From Girardia tigrina (taxonomy: Eukaryota), in assembly GCA_001938485.1 (NCBI GenBank), contig MQRK01182241.1, positions 1-55,041 of the forward strand: DNA of 55,041 nt, given 5' to 3'. Of this stretch, positions 1 to 13,172 are shown in pieces. The stretch's first letter is position 1, and every line of letters starts with the position of its first letter. The notes beneath the pieces are model-generated. The model saw only the letters and a program-made list of their open reading frames with translations. It ran no database searches and had not been told where the DNA came from. Both the position numbers and the translations under genes were made by a program.

Positions 1-84
1 TATATATATATATATTATTGAGTCTTGTGAACGCAAGTTTAGTATTTCGAAAATATAATTTGATTAAAGCTTTTTTATATAATT

Positions 85-126
85 ATTGGACATGTTTCGA
101 TGTTTACATACATCATCATTAGCAAT
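85..126 (-). ncRNA. Minimal type I hammerhead ribozyme, core-mutant (CUAAUGA)
   Basis: Reads attg-CTAATGA-T-GATGT..ACATC-GAA-ACATGT-C-caat. G5 of the CUGANGA core is changed to A. Confidence 0.65.
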
Positions 127-399
127 TTTTGGATGTTTAGTATATGAATATTGAATTGTTTGAATAATACATTTTTTCACAATTTTAATAAATATAATTT
201 ACTTTAAAAGGTGACGAAGAAATTAAACATTATTATTTATGAAAATATTATTGGGTAATAATGGCAANNNNNNNNNNNNNNNNNNNNNNNNNNNNNNNNN
301 NNNNNNNNNNNNNNNNNNNNNNNNNNNNNNNNNNNNNNNNNNNNNNNNNNNNNNNNNNNNNNNNNNNNNNNNNNNNNTAATGTGAATCAAAACCCTTTT

Positions 400-1240
400 G
401 TAAAACAGAAAACTCATCTTTTGAAATGGATGAGGTTCTATCCTTACAACATAACCAATGATCAAGAACCTTACTTGATCGACTCATTTGCGAGTGTTCA
501 CTAATCCGGGTTTGAGATGACGATTTGTCTCTCCGATGTACGAGTTTTGACACCCGTGACAATTAAATTTATATACCAGATTAGCTTGCAAATTACAAAC
601 TGTTTTCGATTTGTTTGAGAGGAAACTTTNNNNNNNNNNNNNNNNNNNNNNNNNNNNNNNNNNNNNNNNNNNNNNNNNNNNNNNNNNNNNNNNNNNNNNN
701 NNNNNNNNNNNNNNNNNNNNNNNNNNNNNNNNNNNNNNNNNNNNNNNNNNNNNNNNNNNNNNNNNNNNNNNNNNNNNNNNNNNNNNNNNNNNNNNNNNNN
801 NNNNNNNNNTACCCTAATGTTGTGTTCTATTTGCTTATTTGTATACATATTGTCCCTCAAGCGCCTTCTAAGAATATTTAAACCCTGATTTGCAATTTCA
901 AAACTGGACGACAAATTCCAAACTCTGTAAACAAGCCCTTTCATCATACCCTCTCTGTATTTTTCCTCACAAAAACTCTGTAGTGTTGTGTAAAGACCTG
1001 TATCTGTTGCCTTTTTGTACAATTCAGTTTTATAGCCTCCATTCATCCTAGTGACAAGAATGTCCAGAAAGGGAAGTTTATTATCTACTTCCAATTCTGT
1101 GGTAAATTTAATATTCGGATGAAGACCATTCATGAATGTTAGGAATGGTTCTATGAGGGATTGATTTCTGAAAACCAAAAAGACATCATCCACATATCTC
1201 TTGTACAGCAGAGGTTTTTTTTGAGGAACCTTAACATGAT
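400..1240 (-). pseudogene. PLE reverse transcriptase / GIY-YIG endonuclease remnant
   Basis: ORF 501..1193 plus an out-of-frame GIY-YIG segment near 500-600; interrupted by N gaps. Confidence 0.85.
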
Positions 1241-1289
1241 GTTTGGTTCATACCACATCCGAAAATATTCATTTACTAAACATCCGAAA

Positions 1290-1331
1290 ATTGCTGATGA
1301 TGATACATGTAAACATCGAAACATGTCCAAT
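1290..1331 (+). ncRNA. Minimal type I hammerhead ribozyme (PLE pLTR type)
   Basis: Reads attg-CTGATGA-T-GAT..ATC-GAA-ACATGT-C-caat: intact core, palindromic stem III, stem I attg/caat. Confidence 0.75.
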
Positions 1332-1368
1332 AATTGTATAAAAAAAGCTTTAATCAAATTATATTTTC

Positions 1369-1369
1369 G

Positions 1370-1412
<43 letters not shown>

Positions 1413-1419
1413 CGTGTGT
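1369..1419. repeat. (TA)n(TG)n microsatellite at the PLE boundary
   Basis: Seen directly; the window also begins with (TA)n on the other side of the PLE. Confidence 0.9.
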
Positions 1420-2074
1420 CATGGAATTTAGAAATCTATTTTAAGGCTTTTTTCTCAATCGGTTTTCTCCAAACTTTGCACATTTACTCATTTTCGATGA
1501 CAATAAATGATAATGTGAAAATTTGATCAAAAATAACTTTCTAGGGTTCTAGAATGAAAAAAAACGATCAATTCGGAGTTCCTGAACAATATTAATATGA
1601 AAGGATCTACTTATAAATTATAAGTAGTTTATATTTTGCAAAAAAGTAGATGTAATAGTCATTTCGCTTCTACAAAATATAGCAAAAAAAATATCTTGGC
1701 CAAATAGAGTTCTTCAAGTATAAAGAATAGATATAAAAAAAATTATTTTTGAATTTGCTAGTTTATGAATTGTTCATGATTTCGACAATACTTTTCGTAC
1801 AATTTTTATACTGACATTATTTTCTTTTGCATTATCTTCCTCTGAAGTATTTTACTCTAAATTTGTCTAATAAGAATATTAGAATAGTTTTATAAAGTTC
1901 CTACTTTATATTATATAATTTGACTCAAACTATATTTAAACATTGTAAGCAACATCAGATATAAGTCTCATTAATTGCAATTCAAAGGAAATCTATTTAA
2001 ATTATTTTGAAAATGTTTGAAGTAAGAAAGATAGTTTCAATGAAAAATTTAATAATTTTTATAAATATACTTAC

Positions 2075-2212
2075 ATTTACAAGTTTTGCATCTTTCCCTA
2101 TAAACATCATAGTATGAAGATTAACAAAGTCTGAATTGACAGTGATGGACAGATTTCGGTCTTCCAGATTTGATAATGTTTTGTCTTGTAATTGACTTTG
2201 TATTTTTTCATC
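2075..2212 (-). CDS. PLCB4: Phospholipase C-beta4/NorpA-like, coding exon 4 (PH domain)
   Basis: ag|DEKIQSQLQDKTLSNLEDRNLSITVNSDFVNLHTMMFIGKDAKLVN|gtaagt; 138 nt, phase 0. Aligns by eye with PLC-beta4 DPKIL...LEGRIVCVCSGTDLVN. Confidence 0.85.
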
Positions 2213-3790
2213 CTAATAAAAACATATTTAATTTTCTTTCAACAGTTAGAAAAATATTAAAAAATTTCTTTAATTGTGAGAGGGTTGTTTGTGAATGATG
2301 TATTACATGATGAAATGTATGGTGATGAGTATGTTGTCTCTCCCAAAAATAATTGGCAAACGTTAATTAATTGAAACTAAAGAATAAAAACAACTTCGAT
2401 TATAATTAACAACAAAAACAAGTTAATTTAGAAAAACATGAAATTATATTAAATTACATAATTTGTTTTAATATCGTGGTTTAGGCAGTTATTTTAAAAT
2501 TTAGTCACGAAGATATAGATGAAGATTTCGAAGTTTTTTGTTTTGTATAAATGTTCTGACTTATCTTAATAAAGTGCTAAGAATATTTTTGTACTTTTAT
2601 AATTACCGCTTTTCCTTTCTGACTTTTATTTTAAAGATTTGAAAAAAAATTGAATTAATTGAAAAAAAAGAAAGGAGAATAGGATTCTTGACTAAACTGC
2701 CATAGAGTGATATTAAATTTGAAGCATATTCGCAAAGAATATTCAAAGCTACTGTCAATACAGTAAAACTACTATAACAGTGGTTATGATGATGGATTGA
2801 AAGTCATATTATACGAATCTCTATGCACTGTGATCCAGGAAGCAGAACTAGAAGCTGCAACTCTCAAATATTATTTATTAGTTGGGTGAGACTTTAACTG
2901 CAGAGTTCATTTTAAGAAAAACCAAGTCATATCTGGCATTGAAAAATTGGTCATATTTCTGACAATGGGGATAAACTGATCTTACTTCCTGCGATATGTG
3001 GAATGAAAACAGCAAATACATTAACACTCGTTAAATACAAGTAGGAGTTGCCCTTCCAATGAGGAGAAATGTGAGCTACTGAATTTCTTTCTCGTAAATA
3101 AAACACTTATCTGGAAAGTTAGAGATGATCATAGCAAATAACAATATGAATATATACAGAATCATAACTGTGTAGTATTGCACTTCAAACAAATCAACGA
3201 AATCAGTAATTTTATTTATTAAATAGTATTAAAAATAGTATATTTATTATTTTGATTCTTTGAGAGAATTTAATTAACCGAAGCAATGATTCAAATTTCA
3301 AGAAACATCTTACGCAGTTGAACAATTAAGATGACAAATATAGAATAAACTCTAATAACGACATATAAAGTATAAATGTTCAAGCAGTGGAGTTGAAATT
3401 CATCACTGCATAGTATCGCACATTTTCCACATCAAAATTGAAATTATGTCTCAAAATGCTTTTCAGAATGGAAAAAATCCATTCCCATGCTGCCCTTCTT
3501 GGCTGTGTATCTTTAAAAGACATCAGCTTCGTCAATTATCATGAACATATAACATATTAAGCTAAACTTTACTGATAGTTTCATCTAACTAAAATAAAAC
3601 TTTAAATGTAACTTAATCTATTTTTGTGACGAATATATGTTGAATAACAATAAAATTAATTTATAGCTGATTCATCAGAAAATAGTACATTATTCAAATC
3701 TTCTGTTATCTAGATAAAGACTTTTCGGGGGAAAGCTATCCTGTCATTAATCTTTTTGTTTTCGACAACATATTTATTGAAGCTGGACGT

Positions 3791-4250
3791 TGTGAGGGAA
3801 ACTTCGGAATATTGTAAGTTTGTTATTTGTATGCTGTTTAGATTGGTGACTCTCCTACTCAGATGGGATTGATATGTTATTGATTGATTATTTAAATCTA
3901 ATGAAACTAGTTTAATGAGATTCGTGTTTAAATACTAATTAATTAAAAGTTTTATAATTAATTATTAATAATATTTTTAGTAAACGATTTTAACTTATTA
4001 AATTTAATATGTTTTAAAACTAATGTTTATTTTAAAAATTATTTAATGTCTTTTTTTATCCAAAACTTTGAGAAATTAAAAGTTAATATTAAAATTGCCA
4101 CATTAATTAATTTTAAGATTTGAATACATAAACAAAAACTATATCAATCAAAGAAAGATGCTCACTGATAATGGTCGTAAAGAATCTGTTTGTATTGTTA
4201 ATAAATGTTTACACTCAAATTGTGATGTTGCTAATAGACGTCATGCTCAA
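3791..4250 (+). mobile_element. PLE-derived 5' fragment (TGTGAGG / CTCCYACYCAGATGG family), diverged
   Basis: Begins tgtgaggg, has ctctcctactcagatggg at ~3850, and a Cys/Asn-rich ORF start remnant at ~4158. Confidence 0.55.
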
Positions 4251-4582
4251 AGTTTTAAGTCAACTTGGAGACTACGTATGATAGTTCCATTTCTGACTTG
4301 AATATCTTGATGATGTTGAGATCATATGATTGATGAAGAAGCATTTAGGTTGAAGGTTGCCAAAGGTCTGATAAGATTTTCAATCTTAGCCGATATTGTT
4401 ATTCTTCTTGTTGCACGCTTGAGAAATTAAACATTTCCTGTTTCATGGTACCTTCATAAATATTTCTGGATAATGAATTGAGATGTTCCAGCATGATGAG
4501 CTATTTCAATTTGGAAAAGTCTTTAGTCACGTAAAACAATTATTTTCGAAACTTTTTCAGATGTATAAAGATTTTTGTCACA
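4250..4582 (-). mobile_element. Tc1-like transposase N-terminal (HTH) remnant
   Basis: Degenerate reading SEKVSKIIVLRD*RLFQIEIAHHAGTSQFII..RYHETG with stops. Confidence 0.5.
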
Positions 4583-5901
4583 TTAATCAATACAAATAAG
4601 AAGAAAGCAAATAACGAACAAGTTATTATTTCAACCAAAAATCACATAAATTATATCTGGTAATTAACTATTTCAAATATAAATTACCGGATATAAATTT
4701 CCGAAAATAAGCCCATGAGCGTATTTTTAGCTGGGATTATTTTCTGAAAATTCGTCGAAATTACTTTTTTTTGAAAAAAAATATATTAGATTTTATAACA
4801 TTATATATATTCAATTTTACTTTGTACAATTGCCCAATTTATCGAAAAAAATACGATTTTCCGATAGATGTCCCACTGATTATATACGGAAATATCCGGT
4901 ACATCCAAACCTTTTATAAAAATGAATAAATTTAAACTGGGCGTTGAAATGTATTGATTTTTATATGATTTTTAAATTTAATTAATGGTATCTTAAATAA
5001 TGGATGTGAGCGTTTATTTACACAGATCTTTTAAAGATTATATTGAGTATCAGGAAACGTTTTTATTTATATATTACCCATGCACTCTCGTGTCGTATTG
5101 ATACAGCAGAATCTCTCTAACGAAAATGTTATGAGGTCGCTGTAAAAACTTGTAACAAACTCTCTGTAACGATATTTAATCATGTTTGTATATTAACAGA
5201 TTTTTTAATTCACAGAAAACGTAATTTTATGAGATCCGCCGTTACTGTGTTCATTAATTAATTGCCTCAGGAAAAATAACTTTATAATTCTGAAAAATAC
5301 TAGCTATATGTTGTAAAAGCAAACATTATGTGAACCTATATACAGATAACAACGTAAAGTTTACTATACTTTTATACTACAATTTGAACATAAAAACAGT
5401 GTACAATATTCTAAAACTTTAGTAATCAATAAAATTGTAACAAAATGTTCTGTGGTAAATTTCACTATATTAAACTTGTTAAATAAATCCACAAGCATTC
5501 ATTTTATGAACAATAAAAAAACTCTAAATATGTTACTTTGTAATGAATTAGATGAATTCAGGACTCAAAATAAAAGTTTTACGAGAGGCAATACTAAATA
5601 TTTTGATACTTAAAAACATTATTACTTGAACAACTATTATACAACTTATATTATACATTATAAAAAATTTCAGAATAAAAAATGTCATTTTGTTCTAACC
5701 TTTTTTTCAGTGGTAAGGTATGTTTGAGGAATGTTTTATGCTATTTGCTAGTTTACGGAGGTTAATTTTGATTTTTTTTAAATTTCAAAGTAATTACGAA
5801 AATGAAAAACACATAAAAAATTTAAATTTCGTTCACATTCACCAAAGGAAATGAAAGCATTGCTACCATTAAATCTTATGAAACATTAGTTTTATCATAT
5901 T

Positions 5902-6420
5902 TGTGAGTTATGTTCTGAATTGTTTGTTGTTTTATATTGTACATGTTGTATATTGATTCGGATTGTGCCTCTCCTACCCAGATGGATGATTGGTATTTTC
6001 TTTGATTCTTACTAATTTAATTTCCAAGTAAAAATATTTAAAATATGTTTTAAATGTAATATTTAAATTTTCAAATGTAATATGTCATTTTTTAATGTAA
6101 TTTAAAATTTTAATTTACTAATTTAATTGATACTTCCTTTTTTTTTAATGTTTAGATTTGATTTTAACTAATGAGAGTTTGAATAATTAATTTATATTAT
6201 AAATATTTTCCATTTATTTTCAAAAACTAGGATGATGTACAGAAAAAATATTAATCAAGAAAGAAGTAGTATAGTAAAAGTGATTTTAAGACTTGTTGTA
6301 ATGACAATTCTATTTGTAATAGTAATAAATGTTCAAAAATCACATTGGTGTTGTTAATAATATTCTAGTGTATCTTAATTCAAAAAACATTTTTCTCACC
6401 AATGCGTAATAATGTCCTTA
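5902..6420 (+). mobile_element. PLE-derived 5' fragment (same family)
   Basis: tgtgag start, ctctcctacccagatgg at ~5970, ORF-start remnant (gacaattctatttgtaat...cacattggtgttgttaataa). Confidence 0.55.
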
Positions 6421-6474
6421 AAGGTAGTAATAAATCTTGTCTTTAAATGTTATCTTTCACTCAACGTGAGGCAT

Positions 6475-7324
6475 AATAATAATTTTCTTTTTCATATAGA
6501 GATTGTTGATCTTATAAATCCGGATTTCGATAACATTATTTGGAAACATTAGAGAGACCTCGTTGTTGCACATTATATGTATTTATTTGAATACTGTAGT
6601 ATGAGTTCGGATTCTTGGATGAGATATGTTTCGATAAATATCTCATTGTTTTATAATATTTGATGAAATTAAAAAAAAAACAGAAAGAAAAAATATCTTC
6701 AAAAGATTACAAAAAATTATTAAAAAAAATATAATATAAACAAAAATACAGTTTTAAATAAATATAATTAAATTCCATAAATAATAAATAAATAATAATA
6801 CTAAATAAATACAATTAATAAAAATAGTTAAATAAGTGTTAAATAACAGTTTACATCAGTTTAAATCACGGATTAATGGGATTTGATATTCATTTTATGT
6901 ATAAAAAATAATTTTTTGTACATTGAAATGAATGAATTTTTATTCTTACAGCACAAATATCGATCAAGTATCTTATTCGATTTTAAATGCTCACAAATCC
7001 AGATTTTGAGAAAAAGATAATATCTCTTCAAAATTCTGTCCAGATTGTGCAAATAACTGCTTTAGCAATATTGGCGCACAAGGCATTGAATAAAAGACTT
7101 ATCCGGACACAACTTTAAATTTGAAACCTTACAAACACAATTTAACTACGATCTTTCACATGGCCGCAGATATAAGTCTGCGAACTTTCAGAACTCTACC
7201 CCGTTTTGGTTTACCATATGCAAAAGACCAGTTTTGATTTCGTGTTCCATAATTTTTTTAATCATTAATCGAAATCCGGATTTATAAGATCAACAATCTC
7301 TATATGAAAAAGAAAATTATTATT
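6475..7324. repeat. 850-bp segment bounded by a perfect 57-bp inverted repeat (unclassified foldback/MITE-like)
   Basis: 6475-6531 is the exact reverse complement of 7268-7324. No TSD or ORF recognised. Confidence 0.75.
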
Positions 7325-7364
7325 TTAATCAGTACATAAGCTCATAAATATTATCTTTGTGTGA

Positions 7365-7740
7365 CGGAAGATTGATATTTTAAATATTTAAAACTTCGGA
7401 TTATTTAATCAATTTTAAAATTTAAATAACCAACTTTACAATTAAATTAATATATCATAAATAATATATTAAAAATATTTTTCTTAAAATAAATTATAAA
7501 TTATTTTGTAATCAAATCGTAAATTAGATTGTAATTTAAATTTGTTTAAATAATAAGACGTTTAGAAATAGAATTAAAACTACCAATCAAGAACGATGAC
7601 TAGAAACCCAAATTTTTAGGAGAATTGTCCTAGTGGCAATTCAAGTTGTGATACCAATGAATATATTGGAAATTCAATTAGTGTTTTTAATAATCTTAAT
7701 GTTACGGGATTTTATTCTTGTGAAATGCAATATATTCATG
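7365..7740 (+). mobile_element. PLE-derived 5' fragment lacking its first ~60 bp
   Basis: ggaagattgatattttaaatatttaaaac.tcggattattt matches the copies at 25460 and 38830-38870; ORF start caagaacgATG at ~7596. Confidence 0.6.
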
Positions 7741-7894
7741 TCGACTGTTAATGTGATATGGAAAAAAAAATCGATTCAAGTATAAGATATCAAGTTCAAG
7801 ATAAATACAATACAATTAAAAATCCAAATACCTAGAATCACAATTAGTATGTTTACTAAATTATAACATCAATAATTTTCCAATAAATGAAGTA

Positions 7895-9164
7895 TTAGGG
7901 TGAACCAAAAGTCTTCGTATTTTTTATTAAAAATTTAAACATAATTTTACAACAAATAAGTTTCAAAGTAAAGGCCATTTGAATCTATAGCTGGAACCTA
8001 TCTATGGGCAAGTTGTACGATCCCGCTGCGGTACCAATCCTTGTTCTTAGAAGCGAAGAACTGGTGACACCCGTTTTCGACCTCGGCCAGATTATTGAAG
8101 TTGCGACCACGAAGAAAGTGTGCCATTGAGCGGAAAAGGAGATATTCGGATGGCGCAAGATCCGGACTATACGCTGGGTGTGGAAGAAGTTCAAAGGTGT
8201 CGAGATTTTTGATTTTTTCCCTTGTTTGTTTGGTGGTGTGCAGTTTTGCATTTTCCTGTTGTAGAAGAACTCGCTTTCGATTGATCAAAGCGAGGTATTT
8301 CTCGCCAAGTGCCGCATACATTCGATCAAGTTGGGTGCAGTAAAGGTCAGCGTCGATGGTACGACCATTTGGAACCAGCTCGAAGGGAATCACGCCTTCG
8401 AAATTCCACCAAACACACAAAAGTACCTTCCTTGAGAAACGATCTCGTTTCGCTACTGGTTTCGCCATTTGTCCGGGGTCCCACCATTGATTTTGTTGGT
8501 CTGGATTACTGAAAAAAACGCACTTTTCATCGCAAGTTACAATTCGACGGATGAAACGGTAATCGCGCGGATTTTCAAGCAATTTTTGACAAGTTTCGAA
8601 AGGCTTTTCGGCTTGAATTTGTGTCAATTCATTAGGCACTTCTCGACATCGTCTATTGACCTTGCCAAGAGCGTGAAGGTGTCGTACAATGGATGTTTGA
8701 GGAATATCGAGTTCGGCCGACAATCTGCGAGTACTTATTAACGGATTTGTCTCGATGACTTCACGAATTGCTCCGGAATCTACGGTGATAGTTTGGCCTG
8801 AACGCGCATTGTCTCCAAGGTCTATGTCACCTTCATTGAACCTTTTGAACCAATTTTGTACAGTACGATTTGAGACCACATTATCGCCTTCAACTTCGCA
8901 TATCTTCTTTGTTGCTGCAGTTGCGTTTAAGCCATGTTTCCAGTAATGGCGTAAAAGAACACGAATTTCAAAATTTTCCATGATTTTTCTAAACGATCAT
9001 AAAAATTATATTAACGACTAATTAGAAGTTTTAATATATATTGTGATAGAGCAGTTCAAGAGCTTTAAAAACATATAACATGTGTATATAAAATATCTTT
9101 ATTTGGTAATAAGAAACAATTGAACAAAGAGACGTAGAAAATACTAAGACTTGGTTCACCCTAA
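7895..9164 (-). mobile_element. Full-length mariner DNA transposon
   Basis: TIRs ttagggtgaaccaa(aa)gtctt.gtatttt at both ends, TA TSDs (7893-94, 9165-66), 1270 bp, transposase inside. Confidence 0.95.
7998..8981 (-). pseudogene. Mariner transposase, probably inactive
   Basis: 327-aa ORF with HTH, EVPNEL (WVPHEL-like), TCDEK, QQENA and YSPDLAPSEY. The 2nd and 3rd catalytic Asp are Glu, and a TAG replaces a likely Trp near the C-terminus. Confidence 0.85.
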
Positions 9165-10921
9165 TATTTCTATCATAAAAGACATATGACATTATAAAAT
9201 CCATATAATTTGTAATTATAAATGTAAACAGATGGGAATTCATACATTTCATCAAAGGCATTCAATTACAATAGGAAACGTCGTTGGAGAATCGTGGTTA
9301 GTTGTATTGAAACAAAAATAAATCAGGTTCATTTTATAAGTTAACAGTCAAAATATAGGAAAATAATTTTGTGTGTGCCAGCATGAAAAATAAAAATAGA
9401 ACTAATTTTGATTGCAAATATATGAATCAAAAATTTTTTAATGTAAAAAAAAGCCGAATTCAACTTTCATTCAAACTAGAGGATGAAATCGCACAGATTT
9501 TATTTAATCATATATAATAATGGTGACCAACAAGTCAATCGTGAAACCGATTTCGGTCGATCACTTTTGATATCTTGGCATTGACCTAGAACGCCAACCA
9601 CTGATAATTTTTACGACTGTTGGGGAGCTATTTTAACAAAAACAATTTCATCAATATTTTCACTTTAGAAAAAAAATCAGGTAGTAAGCATGTTTCACTT
9701 TCATAACACTCCACATATAAAAATAACATAAAATAATACTAGCACGTAAGTTTTTAAAGAGGAAAACTCTTATGCTGTATTGGTAGAATAGCAAGAGATA
9801 GAAAAATGCAACAGTCAAGTATTCATTGTGTTTTCAAAAGTAGGCTATTTAATAAATAGTTCTAACTTTCAAAAATGAATTTAAAATGTCAATTTACATC
9901 AAAATTTTTATAAAAACATACATTATATTAGTACTTATTCTCTGTGTATGTTTAACAAATATTATTTCTCGGTTTGAGATAAAGACTGTCCTGGTTTAAT
10001 TAAACATTTAGTTGAAAAAAACAAAATCAAATTATTGATATTATAGCGATTAAAATAAGTTTTAAATGTTTAAACAATAACAAAAAATCCAAAATAACAA
10101 AAACAATAATTAAATCAAACACAAAAACAACAATACTAATACTAAAGCAAACCAATCTATAACAAGAACTTGAAGGGAAGACTCAATTTTAAATTTTTGG
10201 ACTCTAACAAATCGTTAAGTAATATAGTTTTCATAATAATATCCATTAATATTATTAAATTAAAATTAAATTGTAACATTTTAAAGAGTTTTTAATGTTC
10301 TTCAAAAATATGTAATTCAATATTTATTCTTTAAATTATTGTATTTCCTTCACATTTTAATATATTCATAAACATGTGTTAATATATTAATATATTCATA
10401 AACCAAAAAAATCGAAAACTTATCATTACATTGGACATTGAGAATTCGATTACATTTTTTACAATTTTGAAAAATAAATGTTGCTGCCTCATATGCGTTA
10501 CATCGATCGCCCTTGCTAGGAAGGGTGATCTAGAGACATTTTTTAGCTTTCCATAACAATATGTTATTTGATTCTACTTAATAAGTTCAATTAAATTAAA
10601 CCAAGCAGATTACCTACCAAATTCCGAATGAAAAATCTTCAAGTAAGTGACCTTAACACCCAAGAAACAAATCAACAAATTGTTCTTTAATGCCAGTAAT
10701 CACAAACAGTAACTACTGTATTATTCAAAGTAAGCTATCTTTTAGCACAAAAAAATATAAAACATATTTCGAAGGTAAGTTTGTTTTTTTATTCATATGG
10801 TTCTTAAGAACTTTTCATTTAAAGAAGAATTTGTTGGAAAGATATATATATATATATGTATATATATACATTTTATAATATATATATATATATATATATA
10901 AAATGTATATATATATTATAC

Positions 10922-11857
10922 GGTTCCACATCAAAATGTCGCCGACTTAAATGACGCGGTCATAATGGTGCAAACAAAAATATCGCGGAGAAAAAATGTT
11001 AAAAAAAACTTAATTAAAAAACTTTAATTAAAGTATTGTTACTTAAAATAAAGTAAAAGTAATATATGAATTATAAAAATATAGTATAAAAACAAATAAT
11101 AATAAATAAAAATTGTTTGCATTCAATTTCGAAAACAAAAATATATTTTATAAACCCATTTTTATTTATCAAAAAACGTTTAATGCTTCAATATTTTATT
11201 ATTAAACGTTTAAATGAAAATTGCTTGCCACACCCTTCAAACAATTTAAAAGTAATACATTATTGTAACTAGCTACTATCCTGTATAATCTTTGTGTATT
11301 GTCCCAATATTTGTTCCTTCCTAAAGGTGAACTTTTACGCCTATTCTTCATTTGCGATCGACCAATCCAAGTATCTTCAAAATAAAATATTATCGGATTT
11401 AATAAATCTTCCTTTTCAGAGTAATATTCCGATCCACATAATGTTTCAAATGCCATAATGGCATGGTTTTCAAGTACAAAGGCAATGGCTGCCAACATAC
11501 GTACATGTTATGAAAATATTGGATTGATCTTATATTCATGTAAAGTTTGTGGACAATTTTGAATACAAATCCACAAACATTGCGTAAAATGAAAAAAAAA
11601 ACAACCACATATTTTTCAAAAGAAAATGTTTGACCAAAGGCATTAATAGCACTCATTTCATAATTACATATAATAGATCTTGGTCATAAATTTAGTTATC
11701 GAGGCAGTGAATGCCTGTATATACGTTTCTTCCCTTTTTTGTTTGTGACGTTTTGGATACACGACATTTTCATTCGAGATATTTTTGTTCGCGACATTTT
11801 GACTACGCGAAATTTTTATTTGCGACATTTTTGTCTGCAACATTTTGACGTGCTACA
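10922..11857 (-). mobile_element. Mutator-like (MULE) non-autonomous element
   Basis: 9-bp TSD atattatac (10913-21, 11858-66). Imperfect TIRs with internal cgcgacattttg repeats. Transposase fragments (SAINAF, FFHFTQC, YFEDTWIGR). Confidence 0.85.
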
Positions 11858-13062
11858 ATATTATACAAGACTAATTGAGAAATTGATTTCTTAAAAACTT
11901 TGGAGATGCTTTTTAGGAGTTTACCGTAATTTAAATGGTTGTATCCTTTCTTAATTCGAAATACACAATACCTACTATAACATATTTACTAGAAAACATA
12001 TTTAGATGTCCAAAAATATGTTGTACCCGTAATTATATATATATAAGCCCAATGTTTCATCTGCGTAACGCTCAAAACACACACACTCTCTCTCTCACAC
12101 ACATATACATACACGCATACACAGATACAAACTCGATACACTCAGTCAGTTTATGTAATTAACGACTTGATCTTGCAATCTATTTGGTCGATTTGTTATT
12201 GAAAATCGTTGTTTTGTCAATATCAGAATTATTTCGTGTAATTTTGATTTCTGTGAAATGGAAATCGATTTTTCATTTGTAAATTATTTTGATTTATTTT
12301 GAAATCTCTTCGATAAAGAAAAGCTTTATTTGTTCGGTGTGACAATGATTCATTTTGCCTGTGGACTCTGTGTGTAGCGTTGTTATTATTGGTTTGACCA
12401 GTCTTATGATTATTATTATTATTACACTGATATTGTTGCTATTATCAATACGTGGCTATTATCACTGATATCGTTGTTATAATTTGAGAAATAAATTTCC
12501 CGGACTCCAGTTAGTTTCAATGATTGAGAATTTGTTGTTTGAGAAAAATTTTGGGAGAAAAATAATATAATATAAGTCAGTCATACTATGATATAAATGC
12601 CAAATGGTGGAGGAACCGAAGTGAATCCATGCAATGACGTAGTCAATCTGAATGGCCCGCATAAAAACGGTTCTGTCGGTGAAGCGCTTTTACTGAAAAA
12701 CATCGGGAAGTCGACAAAATCGATCAACTTTTAAATCAACACCGAATTTGAAACAATAAATTATAATTATGAATTTAAAATTTAAACAGAAACTTTCAAA
12801 GAAGAAAATTCAGCTCTTCTGTCATATATAACAAGTCTTTTTCTAGTTCTCTAGACATTTGTGTATGTTAAAAATATTCTTTAATCAGAATTTTAATGAA
12901 GTGAATTATGTTTAAATTATTTGATTTAAAACGATCTAAATGGTTCAAATTTACATTAATAAATTTAGTTGTTTGTTTTTACAGGTGACTATGATGATTT
13001 TTAAATGATGAATATAATAATTTATCAAAGGAAATTCGATCAAAATTAATTAAATTATAAAC

Positions 13063-13122
13063 CTTTATCTTCATTCCAACTTTAACATCACTGATAAGAG
13101 AAATATCGTAAACATAACTATC
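13063..13122 (-). CDS. PLCB4: PLC-beta4/NorpA-like, coding exon 3
   Basis: ag|DSYVYDISLISDVKVGMKIK|gt; 60 nt, phase 0. Matches PLC-beta4 [20 protein letters not shown] in length and pattern. Confidence 0.85.
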
Positions 13123-13172
13123 CTAAAATATTATTAAAAATAAAATTTTAGTAAAAATAATAATAATAATAC

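Larger units (their letters stand above)
47..1370 (-). mobile_element. Penelope-like retroelement (PLE), 5'-truncated, flanked by inverted pseudo-LTR copies
   Basis: RT C-terminal half ((Y)VDDVFLVF...IKFTTELE..KLPFLDILV..LYKK.TDTGLY) is followed by a frameshifted GIY-YIG endonuclease (NLVYKFNCHGCQNSYIGETNRHL). A ~106-bp inverted repeat (47-152 vs 1264-1370) carries a hammerhead motif. Confidence 0.9.

Noticed and set aside
501-1193. Telomerase, bacterial retron/group II RT, or Naiad-type selenoprotein PLE
   Set aside because: The motifs and the C-terminal GIY-YIG fit a canonical Penelope/Poseidon-type PLE; there is no N-terminal endonuclease or SECIS evidence.
10503-10533. Hairpin GATCGCCCTT..AAGGGTGATC followed by TAG as a Helitron end or terminator
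   Set aside because: CTAG overlaps the stem instead of lying ~10 nt downstream, it is not followed by T, and no 5' end was found.
12150-12720. Possible retroelement 5' remnant (weakly similar to ~46250-46480)
   Set aside because: Similarity is too short and degenerate to classify by eye.
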